Assembly (NCBI GenBank): GCA_003022365.1
Contig: PXOU01000013.1
Location: forward strand, 1-61,292
DNA from: Candidatus Saccharibacteria bacterium QS_5_54_17
GTDB lineage: Bacteria > Patescibacteriota > Saccharimonadia > QS-5-54-17
Length of the DNA: 61,292 nucleotides
Direction: 5' to 3'
Numbering within the stretch: position 1 is the stretch's first letter; each line of letters begins with the position of its first letter. The notes beneath the pieces were generated by a model that was not told the DNA's origin, searched no databases, and saw only the letters and a program-made list of their open reading frames with translations. A program made the translations under genes and the position numbers. Positions 1 through 8,294 of the stretch are shown here, piece by piece.

Positions 1-40
1 CGACGGTTCCATAGGTTTGCATGGATGTACCGTACTTCAT
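1..40 (-). CDS. 5' end of an unidentified gene running off the left edge (MKYGTSMQTYGTV...)
   Basis: ATG is the complement of 38-40, with a GGAGG Shine-Dalgarno as the complement of 46-50. A near-identical start region occurs in opposite orientation at 61247-61292. Confidence 0.5.
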   Translation of the reverse strand, partial: MKYGTSMQTYGTV

Positions 41-97
41 GGAGCCTCCTTTTTAGAAGCTCAATGTGTACGGGATGTGTCTGAACTAGTGCACTGG
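1..97. repeat. Left arm of a window-spanning inverted duplication (partner 61190-61286)
   Basis: The reverse complement of 1-97 matches 61190-61286 with 3 mismatches by eye. It covers about 57 nt of leader, the SD and the first 13 codons. Confidence 0.9.
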
Positions 98-129
98 TGA
101 GGACCGGCTGCATACAAAATTTCCCCGTA

Positions 130-475
130 ATGGGAGGGGAGGAGCAAGAAGTAAGAAGTAAGGAGTAAGAAGTAAGTGGGAAAATGCGAAGCCTCTTTGT
201 CACTGCGAAGACGTCATCCCGGACCCCGATCCGGGATCAGTTTCGGATCACCTCTGAAATAGATCCTGAAACAAGTTCAGGATGACAGAATAAAGTTTGT
301 TATTACGAGGCTACCCGCTTTGTCATTCCGGCCCCCGCTTGCACTGAGCAAGGTCGAAGTGATCCGGAATCCATCAAGCCGATATGAGTCTGAAAGCGAT
401 CCTGAAACAGATCCTGAAATAAATTCAGAGCCTGTCCTGAACTTGTTTCAGGAATGACATCTTCAGGATGACAAT
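130..475. repeat. Mosaic hairpin-repeat cluster 1
   Basis: Contains an AAG-rich tract (about 140-178), a GTCATCCCGGA/TCCGGGAT hairpin (213-238) and an ATCCTGAA/TTCAGGAT hairpin (263-283). GTCATTCCGGC-type modules follow. All recur in the other clusters. Confidence 0.85.
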
Positions 476-553
476 CCTTGGATTGGAGTCCGGGGTTCGG
501 CACTTAGCCCTACGGGCTATACTTGCTAAAATGAAGACATACACTGCTTACAC

Positions 554-643
554 GGAGGAGTGGCCGAGCGGCTGAAGGCGCACGCTTGGAAAGCGTGTGT
601 GCCCTTACGGGTACCGTGGGTTCGAATCCCACCTCCTCCGCCA
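554..643 (+). tRNA. tRNA-Ser (anticodon GGA)
   Basis: Acceptor stem GGAGGAG/CTCCTCC with encoded CCA. The anticodon stem CACGC/GCGTG carries loop TTGGAAA. A long variable arm marks a type II tRNA, and the T-loop is GGTTCGAATCC. Confidence 0.9.
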
Positions 644-689
644 ATTGATGCCCTATCGGATGATAGGGCGAATCCCACCTCCTCCGCCA
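623..689 (+). repeat. Direct duplication of the tRNA-Ser 3' end (att-like scar)
   Basis: The 21-mer CGAATCCCACCTCCTCCGCCA occurs at 623-643 and again at 669-689. The copies are separated by 25 nt holding a 7-bp hairpin (CCCTATC/GATAGGG). Confidence 0.8.
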
Positions 690-736
690 CATACTCGTAG
701 TAAAAGTACTATCTGTACGCTGCAATCGAACGCCAT

Positions 737-1282
737 ATGTATTATTCTTTGGTCCATTATCCGCAAATAGATCTTTCAAAAATAAACGAGTTCAGGAGAA
801 AATACGATCCATACGTTGATGTAGTCGATACTCATATAACGATGGTTTTTCCTGTACCGGATAAAATCGGTAAAGATGCCTTGGCAGAGCATATTGAGGA
901 AAAACTTTCCAATTGGAATCCCTTTGAAATAACAATACACGGCCTTGAGAAAGCGTGGGATCATTGGCTTTTCCTGGTGCTGCAGGACGGGGAACAAGAA
1001 GTCGTGAAACTTCATGACGATTTGTATACGGCCGTACTGGGGCCTTATTTAAGATCGGATATAGAGTTCATCCCGCATATCGCTATAGGATTGTTCGTTA
1101 CGGGCGAATATGACCTTCGCGACCCCCATAAAACAACGTTCGACCAAACGGGCTACAATGAAGCACTTAAGGAAGCGGAAGCATTAGACACCGGGCAGCA
1201 GTGTTTGGTTGATACATTGACCTTAGTTGAAATAGACGATGAATTTAGGCGAAGTAGAGATATTCAACAGTTTCATTTATAG
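737..1282 (+). CDS. 2H phosphoesterase superfamily protein (LigT-like)
   Basis: 181-aa ORF with two H-x-T/A motifs (THITMVFP and IPHIAIGL), as in 2H cyclic phosphodiesterases. It looks visibly lower in GC than its neighbours. Confidence 0.55.
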   Translation: MYYSLVHYPQIDLSKINEFRRKYDPYVDVVDTHITMVFPVPDKIGKDALAEHIEEKLSNWNPFEITIHGLEKAWDHWLFLVLQDGEQEVVKLHDDLYTAVLGPYLRSDIEFIPHIAIGLFVTGEYDLRDPHKTTFDQTGYNEALKEAEALDTGQQCLVDTLTLVEIDDEFRRSRDIQQFHL

Positions 1283-1360
1283 CCAGATGAATTTGGTGGC
1301 GACTCTATTTTTACAGCGTTTGTTATTATATGACTAATATAAACAGCAGAGGAAGAAATT

Positions 1361-2137
1361 ATGGCGGATAAACAATCACCTGATGTTCCGTGGTACAGCG
1401 AGGAAGCCGGATTTTTCGGCGAGAATTACATAAAAGAGTACGGAGAAAAACTAACCGAAGAAAGAACCCAGCAAGAAATCGATTTTCTTGAAAATGTATT
1501 AACGCTTGAACAGGGCGACACGGTTTTTGATTGCCCGTGCGGCCAAGGCCGTCATTCGATAGAGTTGGCCCGACGCGGTTATGATGTAACCGGCCAGGAT
1601 CTTAATTCCTATTTGATCAACGAAGCGAAGAAGAACTCTGAAGAAGCGGGTGTGAGCGTGGATTGGCGCCAAGGCGATATGCGCGAAGTGCCGTTCGAAG
1701 AAGAATTCGAGGCGGCGATTAATCTTTTCACTTCGTTCGGTTATCTTGAAAGTGATGACGAAGATCAAAAAGTTCTTGACCAAACGGCGAAAGCCCTGAA
1801 ACCTGGCGGACAATTCGTCCTCGATATCATTAATCGTGATAGGGTCTTGTGTAACTGGATTGGCAAAACGTGGGAAGATTGTCATGACGGATCGGTGATA
1901 CTTAAAGAAAGGGAACTAGAACATTTGACCGGCCGCAGCCATGAGAGGCGTACCACGATTTATAGCAATGGCGAGCGCGAAGTATTGAATATTCAGCACC
2001 GGCACTATACGGTGACCGAACTCGTTGCTATGCTCAACAAGGCCGGGTTTAGCGTTAAAGGGTTGTATGGAAGTTATAATGCTGACTCATACACTACTGC
2101 CTCTAACAGATGTATCATTGTCGCGGGAAAAGCCTAA
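1361..2137 (+). CDS. Class I SAM-dependent methyltransferase
   Basis: 258 aa with motif I VFDCPCGQGRHS, followed by VTGQDLN and GDMRE. A GAGGAAG SD lies upstream. Confidence 0.75.
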   Translation: MADKQSPDVPWYSEEAGFFGENYIKEYGEKLTEERTQQEIDFLENVLTLEQGDTVFDCPCGQGRHSIELARRGYDVTGQDLNSYLINEAKKNSEEAGVSVDWRQGDMREVPFEEEFEAAINLFTSFGYLESDDEDQKVLDQTAKALKPGGQFVLDIINRDRVLCNWIGKTWEDCHDGSVILKERELEHLTGRSHERRTTIYSNGEREVLNIQHRHYTVTELVAMLNKAGFSVKGLYGSYNADSYTTASNRCIIVAGKA

Positions 2138-2172
2138 GCTTATATTTTGATAAAATTTAACTACTCGTCATC

Positions 2173-2640
2173 ATGCAAAATCCACTCGAAATGATAAAAG
2201 AATTACTCGACCAAGAAAGCGTCGAATATGAGTTGCTGGAACACGATCCGGTTCATACCAGTGAGGAAGCGGCCAAGGTGCGGGGCGGTTCGCCCCAAAC
2301 CGGCGCCAAGTCTTTGTTGCTGAAAAGCGAAGCCGGTTTCCTGACGGTGGTATTACAGGGTGACGCGCGACTGGACAGCAAAAAGGTAACCAAGTACCTC
2401 GGTGTTTCTCGGAACCCCCGGTTCGCCACACCTGAGGAAGTCCAGCAACAGATGGGTTGCCAAGTCGGAGCCTGCTACCCATTGGCGCATTTGGCCGGGT
2501 TGCGGACTATCATCGACCAGCCCTTTACTCAGCAGGAATATATGTCATTCAACCCTGGCGTACATGATAAGACCATTACCATGTCCCTGCGGGATTATAT
2601 GGAATTAACGCGGCCGGAAGTGGTTCAGGTGAGCCAATGA
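2173..2640 (+). CDS. YbaK/ProX-type aminoacyl-tRNA deacylase domain protein
   Basis: 155 aa. The GAKSLLLKS...VVLQGDARLDSKKV and VGACYPL segments resemble YbaK/EbsC trans-editing domains. Confidence 0.6.
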   Translation: MQNPLEMIKELLDQESVEYELLEHDPVHTSEEAAKVRGGSPQTGAKSLLLKSEAGFLTVVLQGDARLDSKKVTKYLGVSRNPRFATPEEVQQQMGCQVGACYPLAHLAGLRTIIDQPFTQQEYMSFNPGVHDKTITMSLRDYMELTRPEVVQVSQ

Positions 2641-2662
2641 ACCCCGGCCAAGCGGAGAATAT

Positions 2663-3382
2663 ATGCAGCAACTACACCCCGTAAAGGAGGATTGGCAAAC
2701 CGGATTGGTGGTGGTTGCCCATCCCGACGATATTGAGTACGGGGCCTCCGGTGCCATTGCCCGGTGGACGAAGCAGGGCAAACGGATTATCTACCTCCTT
2801 CTCACCCGCGGGGAGGCGGGCATCGATAGCATTGAACCGGGGCGGACGGCCGATATCCGGACCAGGGAACAGATTGCCGCCGCGGAGGTGGTGGGTGTCG
2901 ATGACGTGCGATTTCTTGACCACCCCGACGGCGTACTGGAATATTCGCTGGCTCTACGGCGAGATGTCGCCCGGGTGATCCGGGACGTGAGACCGGAAGT
3001 GTGCATTACGCTCAACCACCGGGAATACTTTCCGGGAGAACGTTTGAACATGGCTGATCACCGGGTGGCGGGTTCGGTGCTGATTGATGCTATCCGGGAC
3101 GCGGACAATCGGTGGGTGTTCCCGGAATTGGCCGATGAAGGATATGAACCATGGAGTGGTGTCCACACCGTGCTGGTCAGCAATTCGCCGCGCGGTAACC
3201 ACGCGGTAGACATCGATGACACTATCCAGGCCGGGGTCACGTCTTTGCGGCAGCATGAAACTTACCTGGATAATTTAGCAGACCACCCCGAACCGGATGC
3301 GTTTATTCGCGGAATCACCGCTTCGGCCGGGGAAAATTATACCTCGACCTATGCCAGCGCCTTCGAGGTTATTTCGGTTTAA
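2663..3382 (+). CDS. PIG-L/LmbE family N-acetylglucosaminyl deacetylase
   Basis: 239 aa with VVVAHPDDIEYG (AHPDD motif) and FLDHPDGVLEY, both typical of LmbE/MshB-like deacetylases. Confidence 0.8.
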   Translation: MQQLHPVKEDWQTGLVVVAHPDDIEYGASGAIARWTKQGKRIIYLLLTRGEAGIDSIEPGRTADIRTREQIAAAEVVGVDDVRFLDHPDGVLEYSLALRRDVARVIRDVRPEVCITLNHREYFPGERLNMADHRVAGSVLIDAIRDADNRWVFPELADEGYEPWSGVHTVLVSNSPRGNHAVDIDDTIQAGVTSLRQHETYLDNLADHPEPDAFIRGITASAGENYTSTYASAFEVISV

Positions 3383-3392
3383 CGGTGGTGGC

Positions 3393-3745
3393 CTTAATGT
3401 GACAAAACTTATTGAACTCTTTTTGTCATTCCGAAAACGTCATTCCTGAAATGAATTCAGGACAGGCTATGGACCCCGCCCGCACTGAGCAAAGTCGAAG
3501 TGATCCGGGATCAGTTTCGTATGTCATTCCGAATTTAGTTCGGAACCGGTCCTGAAAACAGATCCTGAAATAAATTCAGGATGACAATTATTTTTCGTCA
3601 CCCGCTTTGTCATTCCGGCCACCGAGCCCCGAATCCATTAACCCGATATGGTCTTGAAACAGATCCTGAATAAATTCAGAGCCTGTTGCTTCTCACTCCC
3701 TGTCTACCGTCTGCTGTCTGCGTACTGCTGCCGGGAGACTATACG
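3393..3745. repeat. Mosaic hairpin-repeat cluster 2
   Basis: Start module CTTAATGTGACAAAACTTATTGAAC lies 11 nt after the stop at 3382. Hairpin modules follow. End module GTTGCTTCTCACTCCCTGTCTACC...GCCGGGAGACTATAC occupies 3685-3745. Confidence 0.85.
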
Positions 3746-3796
3746 GTTTCCCCGGACGGCCAAATTTGTTATGCTCGGAAAGTATGGAGGAAAATT

Positions 3797-4150
3797 ATGG
3801 CGAAAATGCATGTTATACCACTTGAAACGCTACTTGAGTTCCAGTACAACGGCGAGCCGTTTACGCTGGTTGAAACCTTAGGCGAGGATTCGTTCGCCGA
3901 AGGCCATATACCGGGTGCTCTCAATATTCCCACCCACAAAGAAATGACTGCCGAGGAAATGTCGGATGCGGCCACCCAGCAGGGGATAGACCGGGATGAC
4001 CCAGTCGTCGTTTACTGTGCCAGCTATCCGTGCGGGGCCAGTAGCCGGGCGGCGGCACTGCTCCTGGAAGCCGGATACACCAACGTGATGGATTTTGCCG
4101 GCGGCAAAGCGGTCTGGCAAAACGCCGGATTCCAGCTGGATAGCCAATAG
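3797..4150 (+). CDS. Rhodanese-like domain protein
   Basis: I take the start at ATG 3797 (SD GGAGGA at 3787-3792), because the upstream ORF extension is translated repeat. GHIPGALNIP and VVVYCASYPCGASS fit a rhodanese fold with a catalytic Cys loop. Confidence 0.75.
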   Translation: MAKMHVIPLETLLEFQYNGEPFTLVETLGEDSFAEGHIPGALNIPTHKEMTAEEMSDAATQQGIDRDDPVVVYCASYPCGASSRAAALLLEAGYTNVMDFAGGKAVWQNAGFQLDSQ

Positions 4151-4258
4151 GCAAGGTATTGGTATATGATCGCGCTCATCCTACTATTTTTCGGTGACCG
4201 CTGGCGGCGAAAGTCTAAGCAATAAGGTGGACTCAGAGAAAAACACCCGACCTGTTTT

Positions 4259-4287
4259 TTGACTAAAATGGGCTGATATGGTAACGT
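4259..4287 (+). promoter_or_regulatory. Candidate sigma-70 promoter giving a leaderless mRNA
   Basis: TTGACT (4259-4264), a 17-nt spacer, then TAACGT (4282-4287). The ATG at 4294 begins 7 nt after the -10 box. Confidence 0.5.
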
Positions 4288-4293
4288 AGCCTT

Positions 4294-4566
4294 ATGTTAT
4301 TCTCAGGTTCACGTTCTCGGTTGCGGAATGAAGCTCCGTCTTCATTGCCCGATCAGGCCGTCTTTCCCTCGGAAGCGCCATCTTTGCTCAGCGACTTTGA
4401 TGGAGAGGGATACGAAGCAGGGGATAAAGAAGCCCTCATGCGCATCGCCAACCAAGCGGTGGAACGGCGTATGGCGGCCGCGGCTTTGCGGCATTACGAC
4501 TTGCAAGAAAGTCCCGGCGAACATGATGCACAGCAGGCGTTAGACGAATTCGTGGATAAAAGATAA
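4294..4566 (+). CDS. Hypothetical small protein (90 aa)
   Basis: Open frame directly downstream of a good promoter. I recognise no domain. Confidence 0.45.
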   Translation: MLFSGSRSRLRNEAPSSLPDQAVFPSEAPSLLSDFDGEGYEAGDKEALMRIANQAVERRMAAAALRHYDLQESPGEHDAQQALDEFVDKR

Positions 4567-4624
4567 ACAACCCGGGCTAATCGGCCGATAATCCCGGTGA
4601 TCATCCACCTAAGCGTTTATTATG

Positions 4625-5207
4625 CCTCACTCTTTGTCACTGCGAACCTGCCTGCCGGCAGGCAGGCTTGGTTCGGAATCTGATTCTGCAATAGGGAAAC
4701 CATCCCGGATCACTTCGACCTTGTCCGCCCAAGGCGGACAGGCTCAGTGCGGGCGGAGTCCGGGATGAGGCGAACAGGAAGCAGGAAGCAAGAAGTAAGC
4801 GGGAGACGTGGACACGCAATTGCAAGCGCAATTGCAAGGAACGTCCTTGCAAGATTAAAAATCGCTACCAAAAGCGCTACTTGGCGCAAAATTGCAAGGA
4901 CGTTCCTTGCAAAAGGAGGGTTTCCTCTCTTTTTGTCATTCCTAATTTAGTTCGGAATCGTTTCTATAATAGATCCTGCAACCAAGCCTAAAATAGATCC
5001 TGAAATAAATTCAGGATGACAATCCTCTTTGTCATTCCGGCCCCCGAGCCGGAATCCATTAACCCGATATGATCCTGAAACGGATCCTGAAACAAGCCTG
5101 CCTGCCGGCAGGTAGGTTCAGGATGACAGGTTCAGAGCTTGTTGCTTCTCACTCCCTGTCTACCGCCTCCTGTCTACTGTCTGCGTGCTGCTGCCGGGAG
5201 ACTATAC
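4625..5207. repeat. Mosaic hairpin-repeat cluster 3
   Basis: Contains the CCTGCCTGCCGGCAGGCAGG palindrome, a reversed CCCGGAT module with an inner hairpin (4702-4766) and the TTGCAAGGA..TCCTTGCAA pair (4832-4912). Several hairpin types follow. The end module is at 5141-5207. Confidence 0.85.
4832..4912. repeat. 21-bp inverted repeats flanking a 39-bp spacer (copy C)
   Basis: TTGCAAGGAACGTCCTTGCAA (4832-4852) and its exact reverse complement (4892-4912) bracket the spacer. Confidence 0.85.
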
Positions 5208-5279
5208 GGGCGATACTCGCCAGCAGCGTTTCTATGTTGTCCTGTGGCTTATTGTATTACTTTTCCGAGCCGGGGCAGA

Positions 5280-5483
5280 TTATTTGTAATATCCCATTTC
5301 GGTCTTTTTCCAGATGTAATAGGCGGACCAGCCGCCGCCGATCAGTACCAGCAACGTCTGGGCGAAAAAGTTAATATTTAAAGCGCGCTCCAAAAGCCAA
5401 AACAGCAGCATCAACGTAAGTGAGACGATGATGAAGGTGATGACCGCTCTGACGATGCCGCTGTTGAAATTAATGCGTTCCAT
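5280..5483 (-). CDS. Small two-TM membrane protein (67 aa)
   Basis: I take the start at the internal Met (MERINFNSG...). A TATAAT (complement of 5491-5496) sits 7 nt upstream. The longer ORF extension is Gly/Pro-rich and looks like a frame artefact. Confidence 0.45.
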   Translation of the reverse strand: MERINFNSGIVRAVITFIIVSLTLMLLFWLLERALNINFFAQTLLVLIGGGWSAYYIWKKTEMGYYK

Positions 5484-5609
5484 GTGGGTGATTATAGGTG
5501 ATGGAAGCGATTGTGTATACCAAACCCCGCCCGGGACGGGCGCTGCGCCCGGAGACGGCCCGGATCGCCCCCGCCCAAAAACCCCTCCGGAGGGAAGCAT
5601 CGCGAAAAG

Positions 5610-6095
5610 TCATTCTTCCCGGAGCGTTTTGATGTGGGCCCGATGGTTCTGGCGAGCTTTCTTGAACATGTTACGGGCTTCTTCGCCGGCGAACTCAGCT
5701 TGCAGCGCTTCCATATTGCGACGGCTCCGCTGCAAAAGCTTCAGGGCCTGTTCCCGGTACAGGGCATCGAACCCTTCCGGTGTCTCTTCCAGTTCGGTGA
5801 CGAGCGACTTATCGACGGCTTTTATGGAATCGCCGTACTGGGCCCGGTAAATCTTGGATAATCGATTCCGGTCGCTGGCGGTAGTACTGCCGATGCGGGC
5901 TGCCAAGGTACGGGTGGCCACATCATCGGCTTCCGAGGCGGCTTCGTCGCTGATTTCCATGACCGTATTCTGGGTAATAATGGTCCGCCGGAATACCGGC
6001 TCCACATCATCGCCCGTCAAGACAGAGGCGATGGTGATTAAGAGGATCAAACCGATCCCGCCGCCGATAATTTTAATTAATTTTTCCCGTTCCAT
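5610..6095 (-). CDS. Hypothetical N-terminally anchored protein (161 aa)
   Basis: Single N-terminal TM (GGGIGLILLITIASVL) followed by a helical, charged domain. No domain recognised. Confidence 0.55.
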   Translation of the reverse strand: MEREKLIKIIGGGIGLILLITIASVLTGDDVEPVFRRTIITQNTVMEISDEAASEADDVATRTLAARIGSTTASDRNRLSKIYRAQYGDSIKAVDKSLVTELEETPEGFDALYREQALKLLQRSRRNMEALQAEFAGEEARNMFKKARQNHRAHIKTLREE

Positions 6096-6236
6096 TGTCT
6101 TGATTATACCAGCAAACCCGGGGCTTATACATAAAGGGGTAAATCTCAGCGGCCGACCAGGGCGGGTTTATTCGCTCGGGGTGGGAGTGTATACTAATGG
6201 GCAACTTGTAGTATCAACCACTAAAGAGAAGAAGGT

Positions 6237-7178
6237 ATGAAGGAGAAACCGCCGGATCAACAGCAAAATAATGCCCCTGGGCAGTCCGAGGAAGAGCCAG
6301 GGCGTACGCCTCAAGGGAACTTATCCCCGAACACGGCAGAGCAGCCCTCCCGGCCATATGTATCAAATCCGCTGCAGGTCTTCCTCGATAGCCTCAAGCG
6401 TTTGTTCACGGTGAACTTTGCTACCTTTCTTCGGTTTGCAGGGGTAATGTTATTAACGATCATCGTGGTGTCCGGCGCAATCTTATCGGCCGGGCTCCGT
6501 ACCGTGAGCAACACCGGTAACACCACCAACGGCAACATCAGCGACATCATCACCATTAATAATATTACCGGTAACCTCGGCGAGCTCGCTTGGGCAGCCA
6601 TAGGAGTTGTGGTTGTGTTGGCGTGGGGTGTCATACTCCAGGCGGCATGGAAGACATACGTTATTGAAACGGCACGTGAGAGCCGTATATCCCTGGGCAA
6701 AGCTTTCAGCAGCGGAGTCCGGAAAGCACCCGGTTTGCTTGGGGTGAATATCCTGTTCTTCGGCGGATTCTTGATCGGGCTGGGATTGTTGATTGTTCCC
6801 GGCCTCCTATTCCTGTATTGGTTTGTGTTTGCCCGGCATGTGTATATCGATACCGATGCCAGCATCCTACAGTCGTTCCGGGAGAGTAAAAAGCTGACAC
6901 AGGGCAAACTAAGGGAATTGGTCGGCTTAGCGAGCGCTACGTTGGTTTTGGGTTTGCCGGGCGCCCATTCAGGGTTCGGCACGTTCTACCAGATCCTTTT
7001 CATACCAGTAAATAGCCTTGCTTGGGCATATCGGTATACCAGCGCGGATATGCTCCAGCGAACCGAAACGCCCAAACCGGAGACCCACGTGGCCAATCTA
7101 GTTTTGCCATGCGTCATAGTAGCTTCGGTGGTACTCATTACCCTGGCATTGGCCGTTTTTACACCTTCCTGGTATTGA
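6237..7178 (+). CDS. Polytopic membrane protein, tandem paralog 1
   Basis: 313 aa. The Pro/Gln-rich N-terminus is followed by several TM segments. The core WKTYVIETARESRISL...IVPGLLFLYWF..YRYTSADMLQRT is shared with the next gene. Confidence 0.7.
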   Translation: MKEKPPDQQQNNAPGQSEEEPGRTPQGNLSPNTAEQPSRPYVSNPLQVFLDSLKRLFTVNFATFLRFAGVMLLTIIVVSGAILSAGLRTVSNTGNTTNGNISDIITINNITGNLGELAWAAIGVVVVLAWGVILQAAWKTYVIETARESRISLGKAFSSGVRKAPGLLGVNILFFGGFLIGLGLLIVPGLLFLYWFVFARHVYIDTDASILQSFRESKKLTQGKLRELVGLASATLVLGLPGAHSGFGTFYQILFIPVNSLAWAYRYTSADMLQRTETPKPETHVANLVLPCVIVASVVLITLALAVFTPSWY

Positions 7179-7206
7179 CCGTTTGGGGTGATATAGAGAG
7201 GAAAGT

Positions 7207-8226
7207 ATGGACTCTATGCCGCCGGACCAACAGCCAAGTAATGCGCCTGCCCGTTCCGGGGAGGAGCCAGGGCGTCCACCCGAGGGAAACTCGTCCCCGA
7301 ATACGGCAGAGCAGCCCTCCCGGCCATATGTATCCAATCCGCTGCAGGTGTTCCTCGATAGCCTCAGGCGTTTGTTTACAGTCAACTTTGCTACCTTTCT
7401 TGCGCTCGCGGGGTTGGCGTTCTTAACCATTGCCGTGTTAGCCATCGTGATCTTCGCGCCTGGTGGGTTCAGCCTCATTTTTGCGCCGATCGTAGTAATG
7501 GTTGTGTCGGCTGGTGGCGTATTCTTAACGATTGCCGCGGAAGCTTTCGCGGTCTTTGCGATCGCGAACGATACTTATGATACCACCGGTAACATCGGCG
7601 TGCTCATCCTGGGAGTGATAGGAGCAGCTGCTTTGTTGGTGTGGGGTGCCATACTCCAGGCGACGTGGAAGAAATACGTTATTGAAACGGTGCGTGAGAG
7701 CCGCATATCACTGAAAAAAACCTTGGGCAGCGGAATCAGGAAGGCACCCGGTTTGCTTTGTGTGCACGTCCTGTTCTTCGGCGGGGTGTTGGTCGGGCTG
7801 GGACTGTTCATTGTGCCAGGCCTTCTATTCCTGTATTGGTTTCTGTTTGCTCCATATGTGTATATGGATACTGATGCCGGTGTTATAGGGTCGTTCCGAA
7901 AAAGTAAAAAGCTAACCCAAGGCAAACTCGGGGAATTGCTGGGTTTGGCGGGCACTACGTTGATTTTGGGATTGCCGGCCGCTATTACAAAATTAAGCCC
8001 GTTCTACCTGATCGCGTTTAGCCCAGTTAGGAGCCTCGCTTTAGCCTATCGGTATACCAGCGCGGATATGCTCCAGCGGACCAATACGGGCAAACCGGCG
8101 AACCACGTGGCCAACGTAATAGCAGCTTTGGCGGCGCTCATTATCCTGGCATTGGCCGCCGGCTATATACATGATTGTCAACTCTCGGTTGAATGTTTCC
8201 TCCGGGGCGGGCACGTGCCCGGATAG
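7207..8226 (+). CDS. Polytopic membrane protein, tandem paralog 2
   Basis: 339 aa. The first ~65 codons are near-identical at DNA level to 6237-6430, and the conserved core is the same. The central loop region is diverged. Confidence 0.7.
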   Translation: MDSMPPDQQPSNAPARSGEEPGRPPEGNSSPNTAEQPSRPYVSNPLQVFLDSLRRLFTVNFATFLALAGLAFLTIAVLAIVIFAPGGFSLIFAPIVVMVVSAGGVFLTIAAEAFAVFAIANDTYDTTGNIGVLILGVIGAAALLVWGAILQATWKKYVIETVRESRISLKKTLGSGIRKAPGLLCVHVLFFGGVLVGLGLFIVPGLLFLYWFLFAPYVYMDTDAGVIGSFRKSKKLTQGKLGELLGLAGTTLILGLPAAITKLSPFYLIAFSPVRSLALAYRYTSADMLQRTNTGKPANHVANVIAALAALIILALAAGYIHDCQLSVECFLRGGHVPG

Positions 8227-8294
8227 TCCGGTCAGGGCTCGGTGCCGACCCGTGAGTTTCGGCCTTGGGGCGGGTATCCGCTATACTGGAGGGT

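Noticed and set aside
644-689. Second tRNA-like 3' end as part of a tmRNA or truncated tRNA gene
   Set aside because: Only the last 21 nt are duplicated. There is no acceptor 5' strand, no D or anticodon arm, and no tag reading frame upstream.
3686-3796. N-terminal extension of the rhodanese ORF (MLLTPCLPSAVCVLLPGDYTV...) and the similar ORFs at 3648-3881, 5069-5374, 5139-5381 and 41897-42175
   Set aside because: These peptides are translations of the repeated end module (GTTGCTTCTCACTCCCTGTCTACC...GCCGGGAGACTATAC). They recur because the DNA repeats, they lack SD sites, and the rhodanese gene has a good SD plus ATG at 3797.
4637-4852. ORFs inside repeat clusters sharing motifs such as MQGRSLQLR (303-503, 4637-4852, 21400-21588, 25834-26055, 41288-41572, 51378-51641, 51548-51931)
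   Set aside because: They are read-through of palindromic modules; TTGCAAGGACGGTCCTTGCAA, for example, translates to LQGRSLQ. Both strands give ORFs, and the similarity follows the DNA modules rather than protein constraints.
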